From Eledone cirrhosa (lineage: Eukaryota), in assembly GCA_964016885.1 (NCBI GenBank), contig OZ024741.1:407898001-407962000 (forward strand): a stretch of 64,000 nucleotides of DNA. Reading direction: 5' to 3'. A program made the position numbers and the translations under genes. The notes below the pieces were generated by a model, which made no database searches, was not told the DNA's origin, and saw nothing but the letters and a program-made list of their open reading frames with translations. Below, one piece after another: positions 13,301 through 25,900 of this stretch. The number at the start of each line of letters is the position of its first letter. The first letter of the stretch is position 1.

Positions 13301-14825
13301 TACTGGTGGTGTTGGTGGTAGTGTTGGTACTGGTGGTGTTGGTGGTAGTGTTTATACTGGTGGTGGTGGTGGTGGTAGTGTTGGTACTGGTGGTGTTGGT
13401 GGAAGTGTTGTTACTGGTGGTGTTGGTGGTAGTGTTGGTTCTGGTGGTGTTGGTGGTAGTGTTGGTTCTGGTGGTGTTGGTGGTAGTGTTTATACTGGTG
13501 GTGTTGGTGCTAGTGTTGGTACTGGTGGTGTTGGTGGTAGTGTTGGTACTGGGGGTGTTGGTGGTAGTGTTGGTACAGGTGGTGTTGCTGGTAGTGTTGG
13601 TACTGGTAGTGTTGGTGGTACTCTTGGTACTGGTAGTGTTGGTGGTAGTGTTGGTACTGGTGGTGTTGGTGGTAGTGTTGGTACTGATGGTGTTGGTGGT
13701 AGTGTTGGTACTGGTGGTGTTGGTGGTAGTGTTGGTACTGTTACTGGTGGTGTTGGTGGTAGTGTTGGTACTGGTGGTGTTGGTGGTAGTGTTGGTACTG
13801 GTGGTGTAGGTGGTAGTGTTGCTACTGGTGGTGTTGGTGGTAGTGTTGGTACTGGTGGTGTTGGTGGTAGTGTTGGTACTGGTGGTGTTGGTGGTAGTGT
13901 TGGTACTGGTGGTGTTGGTGGTAGTGTTGGTACTGGTGGTGATGGTTGTAGTGTTGGTACTGGTGGTGTTGGTGTTAGTGTTGGTACTGGTGGTGTTGGT
14001 GGTAGTGTTGGTACTGTAGGTGTGGGTGGTAGTGTTGGTACTGCTATTGGTGGTGTTGGTGGTAGTGTTGGTACTGGTGGTGTTGGTGGTAGTGTTTGTA
14101 CTGGTGGTGTTGGTGGTAGTGTTGTTACTGGTGGTGTTGGTGGTAGTGTTGTTACAGGCGGTGTTGGTGGTAGTGTTGGTACTGTAGGTGTGGGTGGTAG
14201 TGTTGGTACTGCTATTGTTGGTGTTGGTGGTAGTGTTGGTACTGGTGGTGTTGGTGGTAGTGTTGGTACTGGTACTGGTGGTGTTGGTGGTAGTGTTGGT
14301 ACTGGTGGTGTTGGTGGTAGTGTTGTTTCTGGTGTTGTTGGTGGTAGTGTTGGTTCTGGTGGTGTTGGTGGTAGTGTTTATACTGGTGGTGTTGGTGTTG
14401 GTGGTAGTGTTGGTACTGGTGGTGTTGGTGGTAGTGTTGTTAAAGGTGGTGTTGGTGGTAGTGTTTATACTGGTGGTGTTGGTGTTGGTGGTAGTGTTTA
14501 TACTGGTGGTGTTGGTGGTAGTGTTGGTACGGGTGGTGTTGGTGCTAGTGTTGGTACTGGTGGTGTTGGTGCTAGTGTTGGTACTGGTGGTGTTGGTGGT
14601 AGTGTTGGTACTGGTGGTGTTGGTGGTAGTGTTGGTACAGGTGGTGTTGCTGGTAGTGTTGGTACTGGTAGTGTTTCGTGGTATTCTTGGTACTGGTAGT
14701 GTTGGTGGTAGTGTTGGTACTGGTGGTGTTGGTGGAAGTTGGTTCTGGTGGTGTTGGTGGTAGTGTTGGTAATGGTGGTGTTGGTGGTAGTTGGTACTGG
14801 TGGTGTTGGTGGTAGTGTAGGTACA

Positions 14826-14870
14826 GGTACAGGTGGTGTTGGTACTGGTGGTGTTGGTACTGGTGGTGTT
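14826..14870 (+). repeat. Three tandem copies of the 15-bp submonomer GGTACWGGTGGTGTT
   Basis: Seen directly. It shows the 15-bp half of the monomer can amplify on its own. Confidence 0.85.
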
Positions 14871-15543
14871 GGTGGTAGTGTTGGTACTGGTGGTGTTGGT
14901 GGTAGTTGGTACTGGTGGTGTTGTTGGTAGTGTTGGTACTGGTGGTGTTGGTGGTAGTGTTGGTACTGGTGGTGTTGGTGGTAGTGTTGGTGCTGGTGGT
15001 GTTGGTGGTAGTGTTGGTACTGGTGGTGTTGGTGGTAGTGTTAGTACAAGTGGTGTTGGTGGTGGTGTTGGTACTGGTGGTGTTGGTGGTAGTGTTGGTA
15101 CTGGTGGTGTTGGTGGTAGTGTTGGTACTGTTACTGGTGGTGTTGGTGGTAGTGTTGGTACTGGTGGGGTTGGTGGTAGTGTTGGTAATGGTGGTGATGG
15201 TTGTAGTGTTGGTACTGGTGGTGTTGGTGGTAGTGTTGGTACTGGTGGTGATGGTTGTAGTGTTGGTACTGGTGGTGTTGGTGTTAGTGTTGGTACTGGT
15301 GGTGTTGGTGGTAGTGTTGGTACTGTAGTTGTGGGTGGTAGTGTTGGTACTGGTATTGGTGGTGTTGGTGGTAGTGTTGGTACTGGTGGTGTTGGTGGTA
15401 GTGTTGGTACTGGTACTGGTGGTGTTGGTGGTAGTGTTGTTACTGGTGGTGCTGGTGGTAGTGTTGTTACTGGTGGTGTTGGTGGCAGTGTTGGTACTGG
15501 TGGTGTTGGTGGTAGTGTTGGTACTGGTACTGGTGGTGTTGGT

Positions 15544-18500
15544 GGTAGTGTTGTTACTGGTGGTGCTGGTGGTAGTGTTGTTACTGGTGGTGTTGGTGGT
15601 AGTGTTGGTACTGGTGGTGGTGGTGGTAGTGTTGGTACTGGTGGTGGTGGTGGTAGTGTTGGTACTGGTGGTGTTGGTGGTAGTGTTGGTACTGGTACTG
15701 GTGGTGTTGGTGGTAGTGTTGGTACTGGTGGTGCTGGTGGTAGTGTTGTTACTGGTGGTGTTGGTGGTAGTGTTGTTACTGGTGGTGGTGTTGGTAGTGT
15801 TGGTACTGGTGGTGGTAGTGGTAGTGTTGGTACTGGTGGTGGTGGTGGTAGTGTTGGTACTGGTGGTGGTAGTGGTAGTGTTGGTACTGGTGGTGTTGGT
15901 GGTAGTGTTGGTACCGGTGGTGTTGGTGGTAGTGTTGGTACTGGTGGTGGTGTTGGTAGTGTTGGTACTGGTGGTGGTAGTGGTAGTGTTGGTACTGGTG
16001 GTGGTGTTGGTAGTGTTGGTACTGGTGGTGGTAGTGGTAGTGTTGGTACTGGTGGTGTTGGTGGTAGTGTTGGTACTGGTGGTGGTGGTGGTAGTGTTGG
16101 TACTGGTGGTGTTGGTGGTAGTGTTGTTACAGGTGGTGTTGTTGGTTGTGTTAGTACTGGTGGTGTTGGTGGTAGTGTTGGTACTGGTGGTGTTGGTGGT
16201 AGTGTTGGTACTGGTGGTGGTGGTGGTAGTGTTGGTAATGGTGGTGGTGGTGGTAGTGTTTATACTGGTGGTGTTGGTGGTAGTGTTGTTACAGATGGTG
16301 TTCATGGTAGTGTTGGTACTGGTGGTGTTGGTGGTGGTGTTGGTTCTGGTGGTGTTGGTGGTAGTGTTTATACTGGTGGTGCTGGTGGTAGTGTTGGTAC
16401 TGGTGGTGTTGGTGGTAGTGTTTATACTGGTGGTGGTGGTGGTAGTGTTGGTACTGGTGGTGTTGGTGGTAGTGTTGGTACTGGTGGTGTTGGTGGTAGT
16501 GTTGGTTCTGGTGGTATTGGTGGTAGTGTTGCTACTGGTGGTGTTGGTAGTGTTTATACTGGTGGTGGTGGTGGTAGTGTTGGTACTGGTGGTGTTGGTG
16601 GTAGTGTTTATACTGGTGGTGGTGGTGGTAATATTGGTACAGGTGGTGTTGGTGGTAGTGTTTATACTGGTGGTGGTGGTGATAGTGTTGGTACTGGTGG
16701 TGTTGGTGGTAGTGTTGGTACTGGTGGTGTTGGTGGTAGTGTTGTTTCTGGTGGTGTTGGTGGTAGTGTTGGTTCTGGTGGTGTTGGTGGTAGTGTTGTT
16801 AAAGGTGGTGTTGGTGGTTGTGTTTATACTGGTGGTGTTGGTGTTGGTGGTAGTGTTTATACTGGTGGTGTTGGTGGTAGTGTTGTTACAGGCGGTGTTG
16901 GTGGTAGTTTTGGTACTGGTGGTGTTGGTGGTAGTGTTGTTACTGGAGGTGTTGGTGTTGGTGGTAGTGTTGGTACTGGTGGTGTTGGTGGTAGTGTTGT
17001 TAAAGGTGGTGTTGGTGGTTGTGTTTATACTGGTGGTGTTGGTGTTGGTGGTAGTGTTTATACTGGTGGTGTTGGTGGTAGTGTTGTTCCAGGCGGTGTT
17101 GGTGGTAGTTTTGGTACTGGTGGTGTTGGTGGTAGTGTTGTTACTGGAGGTGTTTGTGGTAGTGTTGGTACTGGTGGTGTTGGTGGTAGTGTTGTTACAG
17201 GTGGTGTTGGTGGTAGTGTTGGTACTGGTGGTGTTGGTGGTAGTGTTGTTACAGGTGGTGTTTGGCTTAGTGTTGGTGGTAGTGTTGGTACTGGTGTTGT
17301 TGGTGGTTGTGTTGGTAATGGTGGTGTTGGTGGTAGTGTTTATACTGGTGGTGTTGGTGGTAGTGTTGGTACTGGTGATGTTGTTGGTAGTGTTGTTACT
17401 GGTGGTGTTGTTGGTAGTGTTGGTAATGCTGGTGTTGGTGGTATTCTTGGTACTGGTAGTGTTGGTGGTAGTGTTGGTACTGGTGGTGTTGTTGGTAGTG
17501 ATGGTACTGGTGGTGTTGGTGGTAATGTTGGTACTGGTGGTGTTGTTGGTAGTGATGGTACTGGTGTTGGTGGTTGTTGTGTTGGTATTGGTGGTGTTGG
17601 TGGTAGTGTTGGTAATGTTCGTGTTGGTGGTAGTGTTGGTACTGGTGCTGTTGGTGGTAGTGTTGGTACTGGTGGTGTTGGTACTGGTGGTAGTGTTGGT
17701 ACTGGTGGTGTTGGTGGTAGTGTTTATACTGGTGGTGTTGGTGGTAGTGTTGGTACTGGTGGTGTTGTTGGTAGTGTTGTTACTGGTGGTGTTGTTGGTA
17801 GTGTTGGTACTGGTGGTGTTGTTGGTATTCTTGGTACTCGTAGTGTTGGTGGTAGTGTTGGTACTGGTGGTGTTGTTGGTAGTGTTGGTACTGGTGTTGT
17901 TGGTTGTTGTGTTGGTATTGGTGGTGTTGGTGGTAGTGTTGGTAATGTTCGTGTTGGTGGTAGTGTTGGTACTGGTGGTGTTTGTGGTAGTGTTGGTACT
18001 GGTGGTGTTGGTGATAGTGTTGTTACAGGTGGTGTTGGGCGTAGTTTTGGTACTGGTGTTGTTGGTGGTTGTGTTGGTAATGGTGGTGTTGGTGGCAGTG
18101 TTGTTACTGGTAATGTTGGTACTGGTGGTGTTGGTGGTAGTGTTGGTATTGGTGGTGTTGGTGGTAGTTTTGGTACTGGTGGTGTTGGTGGTAGTTTTGG
18201 TACTGGTGGTGTTGGTGGTAGTGTTGGTACTGGTAGTGTTGTTACTGGTGGTGCTGGTGGTAGTGTTGTTACTGGTGGTGTTGGTGGTAGTGTTGGTACT
18301 GGTGGTGGTGGTGGTAGTGTTGGTACTGGTGGTGGTGGTGGTAGTGTTGGTACTGGTGGTGTTGGTGGTAGTGTTGGTACTGGTACTGGTGGTGTTGGTG
18401 GTAGTGTTGGTACTGGTGGTGCTGGTGGTAGTGTTGTTACTGGTGGTGTTGGTGGTAGTGTTGGTACTGGTGGTGGTGTTGGTAGTGTTGGTACTGGTGG

Positions 18501-20850
18501 TGGTAGTGGTAGTGTTGGTACTGGTGGTGGTGGTGGTAGTGTTGGTACTGGTGGTGGTAGTGGTAGTGTTGGTACTGGTGGTGGTGTTGGTAGTGTTGGT
18601 ACTGGTGGTGGTAGTGGTAGTGTTGGTACTGGTGGTGTTGGTGGTAGTGTTGGTACTGGTGGTGGTGGTGGTAGTGTTGGTACTGGTGGTGTTGGTGGTA
18701 GTGTTGGTACTGGTGGTGGTGGTGGTAGTGTTGGTACTGGTGGTGTTGGTGGTAGTGTTGTTACAGGTGGTGTTGTTGGTTGTGTTAGTACTGGTGGTGT
18801 TGGTGGTAGTGTTGGTACCGGTGGTGTTGGTGGTAGTGTTGGTACTGGTGGTGTTGGTGGTAGTGTTGGTACTGGTGGTGGTGGTGGTAGTGTTGGTACT
18901 GGTGGTGTTGGTGGTAGTGTTGTTACAGGTGGTGTTGTTGGTTGTGTTAGTACTGGTGGTGTTGGTGGTAGTGTTGGTACCGGTGGTGTTGGTGGTAGTG
19001 TTGGTACTGGTGGTGTTGGTGGTAGTGTTGGTACTGGTGGTGGTGGTGGTGGTAGTGTTGGTACTGGTGGTGTTGGTGGTAGTGTTGTTACAGGTGGTGT
19101 TGTTGGTTGTGTTAGTACTGGTGGTGTTGGTGGTAGTGTTGTTACAGGTGGTGTTGTTGGTTGTGTTAGTACTGGTGGTGTTGGTGGTAGTGTTGGTACT
19201 GGTGGTGGTGGTGGTAGTGTTGGTATTGGTGGTGTTGGTGGTAGTGTTTATACTGGTGGTGTTGGTGGTAGTGTTGTTACAGATGGTGTTCATGGTAGTG
19301 TTGGTACTGGTGGTGTTGGTGGTAGTGTTGGTTCTGGTGGTGTTGGTGGTAGTGTTTATACTGGTGGTGCTGGTGGTAGTGTTGGTACTGGTGGTGTTGG
19401 TGGTAGTGTTTATACTGGTGGTGGTGGTGGTAGTGTTGGTACTGGTGGTGTTGGTGGTAGTGTTGGTACTGGTGGTGTTGGTGGTAGTGTTGGTTCTGGT
19501 GGTATTGGTGGTAGTGTTGCTACTGGTGGTGTTGGTGGTAGTGTTTATACTGGTGGTGGTGGTGGTAGTGTTGGTACTGGTGGTGTTGGTGGTAGTGTTG
19601 TTTCTGGTGGTGTTGGTGGTAGTGTTGGTTCTGGTGGTGTTGGTGGTAGTGTTGTTAAAGGTGGTGTTGGTGGTTGTGTTTATACTGGTGGTGTTGGTGT
19701 TGGTGGTAGTGTTTATACTGGTGGTGTTGGTGGTAGTGTGGTTACAGGCGGTGTTGGTGGTAGTTTTGGTACTGGTGGTGTTGGTGGTAGTGTTGTTACT
19801 GGAGGTGTTGGTGTTGGTGGTAGTGTTTATACTGGTGGTGTTGGTGGTAGTGTTGTTACTGGAGGTGTTTGTGGTAGTGTTGGTACTGGTGGTGTTGGTG
19901 GTTGAATTTTTTTTTACAGGTGGTGTTGGTGGTAGTGTTGGTACTGGTGGTGTTGGTGGTAGTGTTGTTACAGGTGGTGTTTGGCGTAGTGTTGGTGGTA
20001 GTGTTGGTACTGGTGTTGTTGGTGGTTGTGTTGGTAATGGTGGTGTTGGTGGTAGTTTTGGTACTGGTGGTGTTGGTGGTAGTGTTGGTAATGCTGGTGT
20101 TGGTGGTATTCTTGGTACTGGTAGTGTTGGTGGTAGTGTTGGTACTGGTGGTGTTGTTGGTAGTGATGGTACTGGTGTTGTTGGTTGTTGTGTTGGTATT
20201 GGTGGTGTTGGTGGTAGTGTTGGTAATGTTCGTGTTGGTGGTAGTGTTGGTACTGGTGCTGTTGGTGGTAGTGTTGGTACTGGTGGTGTTGGTACTGGTG
20301 GTAGTGTTGGTACTGGTGGTGTTGGTGGTAGTGTTTATACTGGTGGTGTTGGTGGTAGTGTTGGTACTGGTGGTGTTGTTGGTAGTGTTGTTACTGGTGG
20401 TGTTGTTGGTAGTGTTGGTACTGGTGGTGTTGGTGGTATTCTTGGTACTGGTAGTGTTGGTGGTAGTGTTGGTACTGGTGGTGTTGTTGGTAGTGTTGGT
20501 ACTGGTGTTGTTGGTTGTTGTGTTGGTATTGGTGGTGTTGGTGGTAGTGTTGGTAATGTTCGTGTTGGTGGTAGTGTTGGTACTGGTGGTGTTTGTGGTA
20601 GTGTTGGTACTGGTGGTGTTGGTGGTAGTGTTGTTACAGGTGGTGTTGGGCGTAGTGTTGGTACTGGTGTTGTTGGTGGTTGTGTTGGTAATGGTGGTGT
20701 TGGTGGCAGTGTTGTTACTGGTAATGTTGGTACTGGTGGTGTTGGTGGTAGTGTTGGTATTGGTGGTGTTGGTGGTAGTTTTGGTACTGGTGGTATTGGT
20801 GGTAGTTTTGGTACTGGTGGTGTTGGTGGTAGTGTTGGTACTGGTGGTGT
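15544..20850 (+). repeat. Tandem duplication of a unit of about 2.6-2.7 kb (copy 1 about 15544-18231, copy 2 about 18232-20850) with a nested 330-bp duplication
   Basis: Shared rare markers: GTTCATGGT (CAT at 16303/19291), AATGTTCGTGTT (17614, 17944 / 20225, 20555; internal period 330), GTTGGGCGT (18034/20645) and GTTAAAGGT. The offset varies from 2611 to 2988 because of internal indels. Confidence 0.88.
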
Positions 20851-21969
20851 TGGTGGTAGTTTTGGTACTGGTGGTGTTGGTGGTAGTGTTGGTACTGGTA
20901 GTGTTGGTGGTAGTGTAGGTACTGGTGGTGTTGGTGGTAGTTTTGGTACTGGTGGTGTTTTTGGTAGTGTTGGTACTGGTGGTGTTGGTGGTAGTGTTGG
21001 TACTGGTGGTGTTGGTGGTAGTGTTGGTACTGGTGGTGGTGGAGGTAGTGTTGCTTTTGGTGGTGTTGGTTGTAGTCTTTGTACTGGTGGTGTTGGTGGT
21101 AGTGTTGGTACTGGTAGTGTTGGTGGTAGTGTTGTTACAGGCGGTGTTGGTGGTAGTGTTGGCACTGGTAGTGTTGGTGGTAGTGTTGGTACTGGTGGTG
21201 TTGGTGGTAGTGTTGGTACTGGTGGTGTTGGTGGTAGTGTTCGTACTGGTGGTGTTGGTGGTAGTGTTGGTACTGGAGGTGTTGGTGGTAGTCTTGGTAC
21301 TGGTGGTGTTGGTGGTAGTGTTGGTACTGGTGGTGTTGGTGGTAGTGTTGGTACTGGAGGTGTTGGTGGTTGTCTTGGTACTGGTGGTGTTGGTGGTAGT
21401 CTTGGTACTGGTGGTGTTGGTGGTAGAGTTGGTACTTGTGGTGTTGGTGGTAGTGTTGCTACTGGTGGTGTTGGTTGTAGTGTTGTTACTGGTGGTGTTG
21501 GTGGTAGTTTTGGTACTGGTGGTGTTGGTGGTAGTGTTGTTACAGGTGGTGTTGGTGGTAGTGTTGTTACAGGTTGTGTTGGTGGTAGTGTTGGTACTGG
21601 TGGTGTTGGTGGTAATGTTGTTACTGGTGGTGTTGGTGGAAGTTTTTGTACTGGTGGTGTTGGTGGTAGTGTTGGTACTGGTGGTGTTGGTGGTAGTGTT
21701 GGTACTGGTGGTGTTGGTGGTAGTGTTGGTACTGGTGGTGTTGGTGGTAGTTTTGTTACAGGTGGTGTTGGTGGTAGTGTTGGTACTGGTGGTGTTGGTG
21801 GTAGTGTTGGTACTGGTGGTGTTGGTGGTAGTGATGGTACTGGTGGTGTTGATGGTAGTGTTAGTACTGGTGGTGTTGGTGGTAGTGCTGGTACTGGTGG
21901 TGTTGGTGGTAGTGTTGGTACTGTTACTGGTGGTTTTGGTGGTAGTGTTGGTACTGGTAGTGTTGGTGG

Positions 21970-22900
21970 TAGTGTTGGTACTGCTGGTGTTGGTGGCAGT
22001 GTTGGTACTGGTACTGGTGGTGTTGGTGGTAGTGTTGGTACTGTTGGTGTTGGTGGTAGTGTTGGTACTGCTGGTGTTGGTGGCAGTGTTGGTACTGGTG
22101 GTGGTGGTGGTAGAGTTGGTACTGGTAGTGTTGGTGGTAGTGTTGGTACAGGTGGTGTTGGTGGTAATGTTGGTACTGGTACTGGTGGTGTTGGTGGTAG
22201 TGTTGTTACTGGTGGTGTTGGTGGTAGTGTTGGTACTGGTACTGGTGGTGTTGGTGGTAGTGTTGGTACTGGTGGTGTTGGTGGTAGTGTTGGTACTGCT
22301 GGTGTTTGTGGCAGTGTTGGTACTGGTACTGGTGGTGTTGGTGGTAGTGTTGGTACTGGTGGTGTTGGTGGTAGTGTTGGTACTGCTGGTGTTGGTGGCA
22401 GTGTTGGTACTGGTACTGGTGGTGTTGGTGGTAGTGTTGGTACTGGTGGTGTTGGTGGTAGTGTTGGTACTGCTGGTGTTGGTGGCAGTGTTGGTACTGG
22501 TACTGCTGGTGTTGGTGGTAGTGTTGGTACTGGTGGTGTTGGTGGTAGTGTTGGTACTGGTGGTGTTGGTGGTAGTGTTGGTGGTAGTGTTGGTACTGGT
22601 GGTGTTGGTGGTAGTGTTGGTACTGGTGGTGTTGGTGGTTGTGTTGGTACTGGTGGTGTTGGTGGTAGTGTTGTTACTGGTGGTGGTTGTGGCAGTGTTG
22701 GTACTGGTACTGGTGGTGTTGGTGGTAGTGTTGGTACTGGTGGTGTTGGTGGTAGTGTTGGTACTGCTGGTGTTGGTGGCAGTGTTGGTACTGGTACTGG
22801 TGGTGTTGGTGGTAGTGTTGGTACTGGTGGTGTTGGTGGTAGTGTTGGTACTGCTGGTGTTTGTGGCAGTGTTGGTACTGGTACTGGTGGTGTTGGTGGT
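21970..22900 (+). repeat. Local 87-bp higher-order unit (3 monomers plus a 6-bp GGTACT duplication)
   Basis: The GGCAGT variant occurs at 21995, 22082 | 22310, 22397, 22484 | 22691, 22778, 22865 (spacing 87 within groups), usually flanked by ACTGCT and GGTACTGGTACT. Confidence 0.85.
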
Positions 22901-22969
22901 AGTGTTGGTACTGGTGGTGGTGGTGGTAGGGTTGGTACTGGTGGTGTTGGTGGTAGTGTTGGTACTGGT

Positions 22970-25900
22970 GGTGTTGGTGGTAATGTTGGTACTGATGGTG
23001 TTGGTGGTAGTGTTGGTACTGGTTGTGTTGGTGATAGTGTTGGTACTGTTGGTGTTGGTGGTACTGTTGGTACTGGTGGTGTTGGTGGTAGTGTTGGTAC
23101 TGGTGGTGTTGGTAGTAGCGTTGGTACTGATTGTGTTGGTGGTAGTGTTGGTACTGGTGGTGTTGGTGGTAGTGTTGGTACTGGTGGTGTTGGTACTGGT
23201 GGTGTTGGTGGTAGTGTTATTACTGGTATTGGTGGTGTTGGTGGTAGTGTTGGTACTGCTGGTGTTGGTGGTAGTGTTGGTACTGCTACTGGTGGTGTTG
23301 GTGGTAATGTTGGTACTGGTGGTGTTGGTGTTAGTGTTTGTACTGGTGGTGTTGGTGGTAGTGGTGGTACTGGTGGTGTTGGTGGTAGTGTTGGTACTGG
23401 TGGTGTTGGAAGTAGTGTTGGTACTGGTGGTGTTGGTACTGGTGGTGTTGGTGGTAGTGTTGGTGGTAGTGTTGATACTAGTGGTGGTGGTGGTAGTGTT
23501 GGTACTGGTGGTGTTGGTGGTAGTGTTGGTACTGGTGGTGTTGGTGGTAGTGTTGGTACTGGTGGTATTGGTGGTAGTGTTGGTACTGCTGGTGTTGGTG
23601 GTAGTGTTGGTACTGGTGTTGTTGGTGGTAGTGTTGATACTGGTGGTGTTGGTGGTACAGTTGTTACTGGTGGTATGGGTGGTAGTGTTGGTACTGATGG
23701 TGGAGGTGGTAGTGTTGGTACTGGTGGTGTTGGTGGTAGTGTTGGTACTGGTGGTGTTGGTGGTAGTGTTGGTACTGTTGGTGTTGGTGGTAGTGTTGGT
23801 ACTGGTGGTGTTGGTGATAGTGTTGGTACTGGTGGTGGAGGTGGTAGTGTTGGTACTGGTGGTGTTGGTGTTAGTGTTTGTACTGGTGGTATTGGTGGTA
23901 GTGTTGGTACTGGTGGTGTTGGTGTTAGATGGTATTGGTACTGGTGGTGTTGGTGGTAGTGTTGGTACAGGTGGTGTTGGTGGTAGTTTGTACTGGTGGT
24001 GTTGGTGGTAGTGTTGGTACTGATGGTGTTGGTGGTAGTGTTGGTACCGGTGGTGTTGGTGATGGTGGTAGTGTTGGTTCTTGAGGTGTTGGTGGTAGTG
24101 TTGGTACTGGTGGTGTTGGTGGTAGCGTTTATAGTGGTGGTATTGGTGGTAGTGTTGGTACTGGTGGTGTTGGTGGTAGTGTTGGTACTGGTTGTGTTGG
24201 TGATAGTGTTGGTACTGGTGGTGTTGGTGGTATTGTTGGTACTGATGGTGTTGGTGGTAGTGTTTGTACTGGTGGTGTTGGTGGTAGTGTTGCTACTGGT
24301 GGTGATGGAAGTAGTGTTGGTACTGGTGGTGTTGGTGGTATTGTTGGTACTGGTGGTGTTGGTGGTAGTGTTGGTACTGGTGGTGTTGGTGGTAGTGTTG
24401 GTACTGTTGGTGTTGGTGGTAGTGTTGGTGGTAGTGTTGATACTAGTGGTGGTAGTGGTAGTGTTGGTACTGGTGGTGTTGGTGGTAGTGTTGGTACTGG
24501 TGGTATTGGTGGTAGTGTTGGTACTGGTGTTGTTGGTGGTAGTGTTGGTACTGGTGGTGTTGGTGGTACTGTTGTTACTGGTGGTATGGGTGGTAGTGTT
24601 GGTACTGATGGTGGAGGTGGTAGTGTTGGCACTGGTGGTGTTGGTGGTAGTGTTGGTACTGGTGGTGTTGGTGGTAGTGTTGGTACTGGTGGTGTTGGTG
24701 GTAGTGTTAGTACTGGTGGTGTTGGTGGTAGTGTTGGTACTGGTGGTGGAGGTGGTATTGTTGGTACTGGTGGTGTTGGTGGTAGTGTTGATACTAGTGG
24801 TGGTGGTGGTAGTGTTGGTACTGTTGGTGTTGGTGGTAGTGTTGGTACTGGTGGTGTTGGTGGTAGTGTTGGTACTGGTGGTGTTGGAAGTAGTGTTGGT
24901 ACTGGTGGTGTTGGTGTTGGTGGTGGTGTTGGTACTGGTGGTGTTGGTGGTATTGTTGGTTCTGGTGGTGTTGGTGGTAGTGTTGGTACTGGTGGTGTTG
25001 GTGGTAGTGTTGGTACTGTTGTTGTTGGTGGTAGTGTTGGTACTGGTGGTGTTGGTGGTAGTGTTGGTACTGGTGGTATTGGTGGTAGTGTTGGTACTGG
25101 TGGTGTTGGTGGTAGTGTTGGTACTGGTGTTGTTGGTGGTAGTGTTGATACTGGTGGTGTTGGTGGTACTGTTGTTACTGGTGGTATGGGTGGTAGTGTT
25201 GGTACTGATGGTGGAGGTGGTAGTGTTGGTACTGGTGGTGTTGGTGGTAGTGTTGGTACTGGTGGTGTTGGTGGTAGTGTTGGTACTGGTGGTGTTGGTG
25301 GTAGTGTTGGTACTGGTGGTGTTGGTGGTAGTGTTGGTACTGGTGGTGGAGGTGGTAGTGTTGGTACTGGTGGTGTTGGTGTTAGTGTTTGTACTGGTGG
25401 TATTGGTGGTAGTGTTGGTACTGGTGGTGTTGGTGTTAGATGGTATTGGAACTGGTGGTGTTGGTGGTAGTGTTGGTACAGGTGGTGTTGGTGGTAGTTT
25501 GTACTGGTGGTGTTGGTGGTAGTGTTGGTACTGATGGTGTTGGTGGTAGTGTTGGTACCGGTGGTGTTGGTGGTAGTGTTTATAGTGGTGGTATTGGTGG
25601 TAGTGTTGGTACTGGTGGTGTTGGTGGTAGTGTTTATAGTGGTGGTATTGGTGGTAGTGTTGGTACTGGTGGTGTTGGTGGTAATGTTGGTACTGATGGT
25701 GTTGGTGGTAGTGTTGGTACTGGTTGTGTTGGTGATAGTGTTGGTACTGGTGGTGTTGGTGGTATTGTTGGTACTGATGGTGTTGGTGGTAGTGTTGCTA
25801 CTGGTGGTGTTGGTGTAGCGTTGGTACTGATTGTGTTGGTGGTAGTGTTGGTACTGGTGGTGTTGGTGGTAGTGTTGGTACTGGTGGTGTTGGTACTGGT

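Noticed and set aside
14572-19293. 1573-aa Thr/Asn-rich mucin-like ORF on the minus strand with an ATG start
   Set aside because: The ATG is just the GTTCATGGT variant, which is also duplicated at 16303. There is no signal peptide or unique domain, ANN codons cannot be stops, and the C-terminus drifts through frameshifts.
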